From Takakia lepidozioides (lineage: Eukaryota; Plantae; Bryophyta), in contig JAKLZA010000226.1 in NCBI GenBank assembly GCA_030704615.1, forward strand, positions 1 through 21,294: 21,294 nucleotides of DNA, written 5' to 3'. The translations under genes and the position numbers were made by a program. Below, piece after piece: positions 1-8,744 of this stretch (the stretch's first letter is position 1; each line of letters begins with the position of its first letter). The notes under the pieces were generated by a model. It had not been told where the DNA came from. It did not search any database and worked only from the letters and a program-made list of their open reading frames with translations.

Positions 1-2969
1 GGGGGAAAAACCTTGTGTGAGGTCAATTGTTGTGTTCTACCTTCACTGCAGTTATCCCCAGTCAGCCTCTTGCTAAGAGCAAAGCATTCCTGGTTTGCTT
101 TCAGCTTCTTGCTCCAAGCTCTACCTATGTTCTGGGGCAGTTCTGCGATTGATGTGCAGTCTGGATTTCAGACTCTCCAACGACTCTCCATTTCTTCCTT
201 CTTGACTGGGTTCCCAATTCTTTCCTCCACCTGGCTTACAGAGTTAGCCATTCTCTGTCGTTCCTCTTGGTGTGGACACCTGATTCCAATCATGGAAAGT
301 CATCCTCTATTTTAGGTTGTGTTTCCCTAGTTCACCATTCCAAGCTTTCTGATAAGCTTCCTGTATTATGGCAGCAGCCATGCTCTTATGGGTCTCTTCC
401 TTGAAGGAGTTCAGACATCCTTGGGTCCTCGAACAAAGTCCTCCCCTAGGTTGACATCGTCTATTATTTCCTCAACATCCCTCAGTGCTTTGTTTCTACC
501 TCCTTACTCTCCTCAGAGCCCTCCCATCTCCTCATCTTATCAGCTTTAGAGGTGTCAGAACATGAGGATTGCTTCCTCCGTGTCCTCATATTCTTCCTCT
601 GGTTTTCTTTTCTTCTCCCACAAGCCTAGGTACTGTTTCAGCTCTGACGTCAGGGTTAGACATTACCCGCTGACGTACTGCTTGCAATATCTCATTCTAC
701 TTCTCGGACCCTCTATGGTAGGCTGTTTTTTTGGTAACTGCAGGCTCATTATAATTGATTGGTGTGCAAAGGGGAGGAAGTGAGCCAAAATCCTTTCCTG
801 GCCCATAGCGTACGCGAATTGTTTCAGCTTCGGTGTTTTCACTACTACAGCGCCCAAACTTTTGAGAAAGTCCAATCCTAGGCAGCATGTGATATGTATC
901 CGTGTTCACCACCATAAAGGACAAACGATTGGTTAGTTCTCCTACTTTGACCTTGATGTTCCTCAAGTCTGCCCATTGCAGTCTCAAGAGCACCTGAAGG
1001 CTACTCTGTATTTCACATCCTTACTAGTAATGGACAGATCCCATCAAAAACCCAGATCCCTGACTGTACTAGCTGATATTACAGAAGGGAAAAGAAGCAT
1101 GCACCAGTGTCAATCTGGCCTAATACCTTGGTAAGCTCCCATTGTAATCATTACATGAAGCGCTTTATTTACCCTTACCAGTATTTATAAGCATACGAGA
1201 TCTGGGCTCAGCGTGGGTGCTGAGTACAAAGGCCCTTGTACATCCTTCACAACTTCTACACTGTGAGTTGTCTCCCTTTGTTGTACCATTGCTCTTTCCA
1301 CAATTTGACCAGCCCTTTCAATTTGTCTAGCTCTTCCGGCCACAGTCATGATCCGGTCCATGGGCGACAACGAATTATCTCCCTTTGTACAAAGTGGTTC
1401 AAGATTCTGGATTTCGTACCTCCTTCTATAGCATTTCTTTGTGAAATTGTTCTTGGGTTAGATTTCACCTCTTGGTCTTGCTTGGCTTCACTGATCTCAC
1501 TTATTCCTTTCTGGTGACCCTGTAGGTCAACAATGGACTCTGGAAAGGTATGCGTGTCCTTGGAAGTCTGACTTCATTGATACTATTTCGTGACATCAGA
1601 TCTGTCATCTCTGCGAGTACATCATCCTCATCATCATAGAACACTCTACAAAGTTAGTTCCCGGAGTTCCCATCATAGTTTGGTCAGTTTTCTACTGCAC
1701 TCACTCTCCGTATGCCCGAGTAGCTTGCAAAAGTTGCATCTCACACCACACATTTCCGTGGAATGCCCGAACCGGTGACATTTGTCACACTTAGCTGGGG
1801 TTCTTCCTCAGGACAATATTGCAGCTATGTGACCTTCTTTGTGACAAACATTACAAAGGCGAACACGAGGTGGTGTTCTAGATCCCGAGCTTTCTCCTAT
1901 GACTGGTCCCCTATCAAAGTACTTATGTAGGGTAGTGTTCAGCTGATCAAGTCTTCTGTCCACAGGGTTGACAAACACAACTGACTCATCTGTATCATCT
2001 CCTTCCAATGGTTCTAGAGGTATTTCCCTAACTTTCCCAGGCCCCTTCAATCTCAATGGCTGTGTCAAGTGCTTCCTCTACATCAAGGAAGCGCCTGCCC
2101 AGCATTACTCTTGCTATTTCTGGTCTCAAACCTGCTGCAAATCTACGTCTCTGTTCCAAATCAGACGCCCCACTTCTTATAAATAACCGGTTCAACCTAT
2201 CGAAGTATGTTTGAACCCTTTGTCTACTCTCCTGTTTAATGGTATCCATTCTTAGCCTAATTTCTGCCAAGTCAACGATACCAAACTTGGCTGAAATTGC
2301 TGCCCTGAAGTCCACCCAGTTGTTTGGTCTAGGGTTTTGTTTACGGTACCATTCATCAGCCTTGGCTCTCAGGTTGAGCCTTGCTACCTTGAAAGTCTTG
2401 TCCTCATTCAAATCCCTGACATCTGCCTCCATCTGAATTCTCTCCAGCCAGTCATTTACATCCTCACTATTCCTACCATGATAAGGCGCATCTATGCTGG
2501 TTGGACTGGTCATCCTTCTATTCTCTAATCAAAGTTCAAACTGTTTCAACACCTAATTCTGACTCTAATTTTTCCGCAACTCCCTTAATGTTGACCTCTA
2601 TACCACTCCCACTGTCCATTTCGCAACATCTCTACTCTACCTCCCCATGTCACCTCTCGTGCCATGGTATTTATCTTCACCCCCCTTCCTAACTCTCTTA
2701 TCCAAAGTGCTATGGTGTTCTTCCACCAGTATGAATCACTCTAAGACATAAATCACCATTGGCTATTCCCAAGCAGGGTTGAAGAAGTACAAACAAGGGT
2801 CTGCGTGTGCATTTGGTGTGCGTCTGCTGAAAGCAAATCAGCACATCTCCAATGCTTGGTTCATCAGGAATCAGTGTGTGGTCTCTTCCTGCCATCAAAC
2901 CATCAATACCAGTCAAGATCCCTAGCTAGTAGAAATCAAGATATTTACATCCTAAAAGCTCTGATACCA
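1..2969 (-). mobile_element. Second (left) tandem unit: PBS, leader, gag, protease, start of RT; truncated by the window edge and indel-ridden
   Basis: Colinear with 8975-11886. Gag ATG at 2513 with an identical N-terminal ~155 aa. Many frameshifts, increasing toward position 1. Confidence 0.93.
2958..2969 (-). promoter_or_regulatory. Second tRNA-iMet primer binding site (left tandem unit)
   Basis: Same gctctgatacca at offset 8917. Confidence 0.95.
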
Positions 2970-5288
2970 AAAGAAGGGGCGTGAATCCCCTTCTGTGCAA
3001 GTCTAGTTGTGCTCTTCCCTAGGTCAATCGGAGGGAAGGAAAGGAGCTCTCCCTCTCAGCTGATCCAACCATCGTCACTCGGTGTGGGTTTCCATCAGGT
3101 CCTTCGTGATCAGAGTTCGCACAATCCTCATCCACGCCGCAGCGGAAGAGAAGACATGGATGGGGAGTCTGTATTGTTTTCACCCGTGGTTCTACTTCTA
3201 CACGACATCCTTTCCCTGATACACTGCACCAGCCATGTTACCATGCGGTCTTCAGTGATGCAACCAGCCCTACGTCAGTGATGACCACTGCCCTTGTGGG
3301 CAGCTCTCTTGGTCAACAATACGTGGAATCCCCTTTGTAACAAGATCACGATTTGGAAGGCGGCAACGCAGATCTGCCATGAGTTTGCAGGCCCACCAGT
3401 TTGGCCCTTCATGGTTTCATGCTTTCTTTATCTTACCTCCCCAATCATCCATTCCTCATCATAACCTCTTGCTGGTCAACTCTCTCCCTTGTGTCCTTTT
3501 CTCTCTCCCTCTCTCTTTCTTTCAGGATAAGTGGGTTCCTCACTCTTTCCACTGTAACATGCCTATGATGCAATGCAATGCGCATTCAGCCAAGCATCCA
3601 GTGCACCCAGCATTGAAATCAACCTTGGTCACACAAGATATAATCAGCCCTTTTATCAGTCCCTCTCTTGCCAATGACAGATGCTTCACACTCCACTTTT
3701 CCCAGGTATAACCATTGCCCAAGACAGCTCTCAACCCTTCTACAGGTCTCAATTTACACACCCTGACAGCTCTCTTTTTCCCATCAGCTGTGAACCTCAG
3801 TGGTTCATGGGCTGAGAGCACTCTGAGAATCAGATCCAAACCCAAACAGATGCTGGTTTTTCTGCCCCATCCACATCATCCCTTCTTGTTGTTTCCAAAC
3901 AGTTCTATCTAACCCTCTCTGGTTTCCTCTACCTACTAAGCTAGTTCCACATTGGCTGCAATGTGTCAACATCCCAGGCTAGATTGTTTGTACAAACTCA
4001 TGACGTTGAAACAAGGAACAAGAATACAACAACAGTAACCATTCTGTCCCAGCAACGAGTCTACCCTGTTTCCATTCATTTTCCTACTGTACAATGTAAT
4101 AGCAGGTGCATCCATCTCCAGCCCATCCTGATTTGAAGTCCAGTGTCTTCATTCCATTTACAAAGCTCTTTTTCTTCCTCACATGTCAGTGTCTCTTACT
4201 ACATACAAGAGACAGTTCAAACTTCACAAAGCGATTTCTAAGCAACCAAAAACCCAAAAAAGGGGGCGTAACACTCCTCAAACTTATCTGTCTTATACTC
4301 CTTGAAGTGGTGGGTCTGCCTGTCAAGAAGGCACCTTATCCTCTCCCTCGTCAGCCATCTCCGACGTTTCTTCTTATCGTGATTCCAGTCCTCATTAAGG
4401 CATGACGGCTCTGCTTCAGCTGCTGGCACATCCTTGTGCCTGCCAACCTCTACCCTATCCTTCTACATGTGCATTTCCTCCCTATGAGGTGATCTGGTCC
4501 TACAGCCCTTAAGACAGAGAGCAGATACATAACTTATTTATAGATAGCTTAAGCGCCATACACACCAGAAGGCGGCACCGCTTCCTCTTGCACAGAAAGC
4601 CAAGCCAGATCCCTCAACGTCACTCTTTAAGGCAAGCTGATTCCCTTACAAAGTGATCTGGTCCTACAGCTCAAAAACAGACAGCAGCTACAAGATTTGA
4701 TCACTGACAACCTGAGGCGATAATACACACCAGCCTGCATTTCTCATCCCCCAACACCTGCTGAGCCACTCCATCTCCTCATTAATGTGCTCACAAATAC
4801 CATGGCGACAGCAGTGGTGCACCGCCCTTATCACAAACCCGATCCCTCAGGTTTGATCATTGCTTACGAAGAAGGCGGCACCGCTTCTTCTTGCACAGAA
4901 AGCCAAGCAGGAGCTCTTAACATTTCTCTTAAAAGCAAGCTGATACCCTTTGCGTAGGTGGAACCTTCTCAGATATCCTGTGCTGCCAACACCACTGCAG
5001 CAGCTGCGAAAAGATCCACGCACTCTTCCCCTTCGAATTTCACATCCCGCTTCTAGGGTTCAACATCATGGATGAAAATCATTCATCCTAGGGATGAAAA
5101 AGGTGCATGTCATAACTTAGCCATATTTTGTTCTTGGCAGATAAATAGCATAGTCCTTCCATGGAATTACCTCAAGTTATGGTCAATTCCTCCCCTTCAT
5201 TAGCACGAAGGGTACTCCCTTTGTAGTAGTGCCGAAACCTGATGCCAAACACAAACTTGAGATTTTTACTCCCTGCATTCACACTACA
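2970..5288 (-). repeat. Shared middle LTR (3' LTR of the right unit and 5' LTR of the left unit)
   Basis: Preceded on the minus strand by the pol stop and PPT, and followed by a second PBS (2958-2969) and gag. By eye only ~3 differences from the other LTR: two 1-nt indels near 4271 and 4367, and C/T at 5133 vs 14050. Confidence 0.92.
4489..4950. repeat. Diverged internal duplication in the U3 side of the LTR (also 13406-13867)
   Basis: gtgatctggtcctacagc at 4489 and 4652. agaaggcggcaccgcttc(c/t)tcttgcacagaaagccaagc at ~4567 and ~4870. The second module carries a ~135-bp insertion. Confidence 0.8.
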
Positions 5289-5299
5289 TATGTAGTGTG

Positions 5300-5311
5300 T
5301 CTCCTTTTTTT
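5300..5311 (-). promoter_or_regulatory. Polypurine tract (AAAAAAAGGAGA), overlapping the pol stop codon
   Basis: Only purine run between the pol end and the LTR start; ends 11 nt before the LTR TG. Confidence 0.7.
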
Positions 5312-8300
5312 AAGTGTCAGGGTCCTCACTGACCACCTTTAACGGCTGAACACCTATTGGTGGTATGAAGGGTTTTAAATCCCTCCTACTTCTTACCCAT
5401 TCCTTGTCTGCTCCATCTCTCAACCTGCATCTTCGTGCAGCTTCTCCAGTCTTGGTTGTGCTTCCTGCGTCCTTGTATCCCAAAAAGTCATAGGGTCCCT
5501 CCCATGGAGATGTCATGGAAGACCTCTTTCCAGGTCTCAACATCATTACCTTGCTGTTCTCCATCAACGTGCAGTAAGTATGCCCTGTTTGATGCCTTCT
5601 TTCATAATCTCTTGCCTGTTGACGCTGCCCTTTCTTCACACTCTTTCGCAGCTTTGCCTTCATCTCTGTGAGAAGCTGGATTTTCTGCTGCATCATAAGT
5701 GTGACTTCTGCTACAGATCCATCAGAATTTACTGGTGTTGTAAGAAAATGCAACCTGTTGTCAATTCCCAGCCTGGGAATTCTACCAGTAAGTACCTGAA
5801 AAGGTGAGAACCCAGTGGAAGCATGGACACCCATTCTGTAACCAAACAGGGCCTTATAGAGATTCTGATCCCACTCAGTGTCGTTTCCAACTCCTAGGGT
5901 GGTGATGCTCTGTTTGATGGACTTAATGACTCTTTCCACCATACCGTTACACTGAGGCCAGTAGGGGGCACTATGCTCCCTCTTTATACCGTATTCGTGG
6001 CATGTATCTTCAAACTCACCTCCCCACTCTGTGCCATTGTCAGTGAGCAACGTATGTGGGCAGCCATACCTGTCAATTACTTCTTCCTCAAGAAAGCGGG
6101 CAGCAAGGGCTGCTGTATGATCTGCCACTGGTGCAGCTTCTATCCATTTTGAGAAGTGATCGATTGCCACCAGAAAGTACTGATTGCCCCTGCTGGTTAT
6201 AGGTAATGGTCCTGCCGTGTCAATTGCAACTCTGAAAAACAGATCCACTACTGGAATGCTATGAAGTTTTGAGCTACCTGAGCGCAACACTCCGTTCTGT
6301 TTGGCCATCTGACATTTACCACAGCCCTTGAGTACTTGCCTGATGAGTTTTGTTCTATCATGCCAGAAATAACGTCGGCATATCTCCTCTTGTGTTCTTC
6401 TGACTCCAAAGTGGCCAGTGGTTTCATGTACTTCAGTGATTATTGCCCCTCTGTCAGTCTTTGGTGGAACTACCCTTCCATCAAAGTAGACCTCACCTTT
6501 GAGATAGGAGTACTGCCTTGCCCGCCTCTTGACTCTCTTGCTCTCCTCCTTTGTCAGGTAGTCATTGACTTCTCCAAAACATAAGAGGTGCATGACCTCC
6601 ACATCATCAAGCACATCAGGTTGCCTTTCCTCCCTAACAGCTGCTGTATGATGGTCAGAGCTGAGTAGAGAGCTTTTCCCACATCTTTCAGCCTCACGTA
6701 ATAATGACATCTGAGTAGCTTTGGTGGGTGTGGTCCATGGTACCCAGTCCGCTTCATCAATCTTGTTGCAAGAAGAAGTGTCTTGTTCTGAACCACTTGT
6801 TCCATCACTGTCTGAAGAACAAAACGTCTTGGTGGAACACTCACCCCCCATGTTTTTCTTGGCTGGGCATTCTGATGAGGAAGTCACCCGCGTTCTTCTT
6901 GTTGTTGGAGTGCTTGTCAAGTGTTGAAGGAATGGTGTCCCTTGCAAGCTTCCCTTTTCATTGTTCAATCTCTCTTCCACAAGTTCACAGGCTGGATGTA
7001 CCTCGCTCAGCTGCTTATCACGAGCACAAGATCCTCGGGTAATCACATGGATGGTGGGACAAGAGGGCATCAGATGCTCCTTTTCCTTGTTGCTGATTGC
7101 AGTAGCCTCTATCCTTCCTGCACCCTTATCCTTCCAAATACCCTCCCTCACCAGATTGACAGAGCTTGATTGATCAATACCCTTTCCTTGTTTTTTTTTT
7201 GTAGCAAAAGTCTGTGCAGCAAAAGTCACCCTCTTTCCTTCTCCATCTGGCATTATGCCTGGTTTCAGTTCTCCTTTCAATATGCCATGATCCTTGGTCA
7301 ACATTCCACCTGTGGAAGATCTTACTATACCCGGAACGAACTCAAATGAAAAATCACCAAGTAAGTCTATGCCTATGTGGTGCTCTGAGTATAGCCACCA
7401 ATATGGATCTAGATCTGTTTCTAAAGAAAAATGACTTCCCAACAGTATTTCCTTGAAGTGCCAAAGGCCCCATACACATGCATAGTACTCTTCTCTTTTG
7501 CAAATCATCTCCCCTTTTTCACTGCTATACCCTACTTGCCTATGAGCTTCTTCTCTCAACTCCTCCTTCCCCTCCTTAAATTGAAATAATGAAGCATTGA
7601 TGGCACCCCTATCCCAAGCTAACTTAAGAAGATAGGCTCCATCCCTCTTTCTCCCTTCTCTTTTCTGACTGTACAGAGAAGTAGAGTATACCTCGATTTC
7701 CTCGGTTTCCTCAGCTGGTCCCACTGGATACCTGCTTAGTGCATCTACGTTAGCATGCCTAGCACCTGCTCTGTGAACAATTTTAAACTCAAAATCTTGT
7801 AACATCATGATCCATCTACCCCTGCGTCCATATGCGTCACTTACCGTTGCCAACCATTCCAGTGGTTTGTGATCAGTCCTGATTACAAAAGGGGTTCCAT
7901 ACAGGTACTGTCGAAAATGTAATACTCCCCACACCAGTGCATAGCATTCACCCTCCATAGGGTGATATTTGCGCTGAGCATCAGATAGTACCTTACTGGC
8001 GTATGCAATGACCCTCTCCTTTTTATACTCCTTTTGTGACAAGACTGCCCCTACTCCTTTGATGGACCAGTCAACATCCAAGACGAACGGTCTTGAGAAA
8101 TCTGGTCTTGCCAGGATGGGAGCAGTTACCAACTTCACCTGTAAGGTAGAAAAAGCGTTTTGTGCCTCTGCACTCCAGATAAACTTTACATCCTTCTTGG
8201 TTAGAGTGAACAAGGGTACTGCCACTCCAGCATATCCTTTGACATAGGGCCTATAGTACCCTGTCATGCCTAAGTAGCTTTTGAGAGCAGTGTGGTTTTT

Positions 8301-8741
8301 GGGCAAGGGAAACCTTTCAATAGCAGCTATCTTATCTGGATCAGGCCACGTTCCTTCTTCAGAGATCACATGCCCAAGGAATACCAACTGTAAGTTGGCA
8401 AAGTAACACTTGTCCGGATTGAGCCTAAGATTGGCCTTTCTAACCTTGCTCAATACTCTCTTTATATGTCCCACGTGATCTCCCCAGTCCTTGCTATGGA
8501 TATTGACGTCATCTACAAACACCTTAGCGCAATCTTTGATTTCTTCCTTGAGCACTCTATTCATTGTTCTCTGAAAGGTAGCAGTGGCATTTTTTAGCCC
8601 GAATGGCATGACCAGCCATTCATACAATCCCTTCTTTGTGATCACCGCTGTTTTGCCTATGTCTCGGTCGTCCATTTTGATCTGCCAAAAACCAGATTGT
8701 AAATCCAGCGCAGAAAACCACTTGGCTTTCCCCAACTGGTT
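5310..8741 (-). CDS. pol: Gag-Pol polyprotein, 3' part: RT, RNase H, degenerate second RNase H, linker, integrase (HHCC, DDE, GPY)
   Basis: RT motifs FSALDLQSGFWQ, VMPFGLKNA and FVDD (8508-8519). RH DVDWS..E..TDH..NVDALS (7731-8093). IN HETTGH..CGKC, AIDTAGP / TDNG / GMVER, and WEGPY (GPY 5490-5498). Joins the upstream ORF if one extra A at ~8742 is removed (DVL-NQ-LGKAKWF). Confidence 0.95.
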   Translation of the reverse strand, partial: NQLGKAKWFSALDLQSGFWQIKMDDRDIGKTAVITKKGLYEWLVMPFGLKNATATFQRTMNRVLKEEIKDCAKVFVDDVNIHSKDWGDHVGHIKRVLSKVRKANLRLNPDKCYFANLQLVFLGHVISEEGTWPDPDKIAAIERFPLPKNHTALKSYLGMTGYYRPYVKGYAGVAVPLFTLTKKDVKFIWSAEAQNAFSTLQVKLVTAPILARPDFSRPFVLDVDWSIKGVGAVLSQKEYKKERVIAYASKVLSDAQRKYHPMEGECYALVWGVLHFRQYLYGTPFVIRTDHKPLEWLATVSDAYGRRGRWIMMLQDFEFKIVHRAGARHANVDALSRYPVGPAEETEEIEVYSTSLYSQKREGRKRDGAYLLKLAWDRGAINASLFQFKEGKEELREEAHRQVGYSSEKGEMICKREEYYACVWGLWHFKEILLGSHFSLETDLDPYWWLYSEHHIGIDLLGDFSFEFVPGIVRSSTGGMLTKDHGILKGELKPGIMPDGEGKRVTFAAQTFATKKKQGKGIDQSSSVNLVREGIWKDKGAGRIEATAISNKEKEHLMPSCPTIHVITRGSCARDKQLSEVHPACELVEERLNNEKGSLQGTPFLQHLTSTPTTRRTRVTSSSECPAKKNMGGECSTKTFCSSDSDGTSGSEQDTSSCNKIDEADWVPWTTPTKATQMSLLREAERCGKSSLLSSDHHTAAVREERQPDVLDDVEVMHLLCFGEVNDYLTKEESKRVKRRARQYSYLKGEVYFDGRVVPPKTDRGAIITEVHETTGHFGVRRTQEEICRRYFWHDRTKLIRQVLKGCGKCQMAKQNGVLRSGSSKLHSIPVVDLFFRVAIDTAGPLPITSRGNQYFLVAIDHFSKWIEAAPVADHTAALAARFLEEEVIDRYGCPHTLLTDNGTEWGGEFEDTCHEYGIKREHSAPYWPQCNGMVERVIKSIKQSITTLGVGNDTEWDQNLYKALFGYRMGVHASTGFSPFQVLTGRIPRLGIDNRLHFLTTPVNSDGSVAEVTLMMQQKIQLLTEMKAKLRKSVKKGQRQQARDYERRHQTGHTYCTLMENSKVMMLRPGKRSSMTSPWEGPYDFLGYKDAGSTTKTGEAARRCRLRDGADKEWVRSRRDLKPFIPPIGVQPLKVVSEDPDT

Positions 8742-8744
8742 TTA

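Noticed and set aside
3009-4429. Short ORFs within the LTRs (also 11926-13363) as env-like or accessory genes
   Set aside because: All are 110 aa or shorter with no motifs, and recur only because the LTR is duplicated.
5310-5480. Chromodomain at the integrase C-terminus
   Set aside because: Only ~60 aa follow GPY, with no Y.VKW.G..TWE-type signature.
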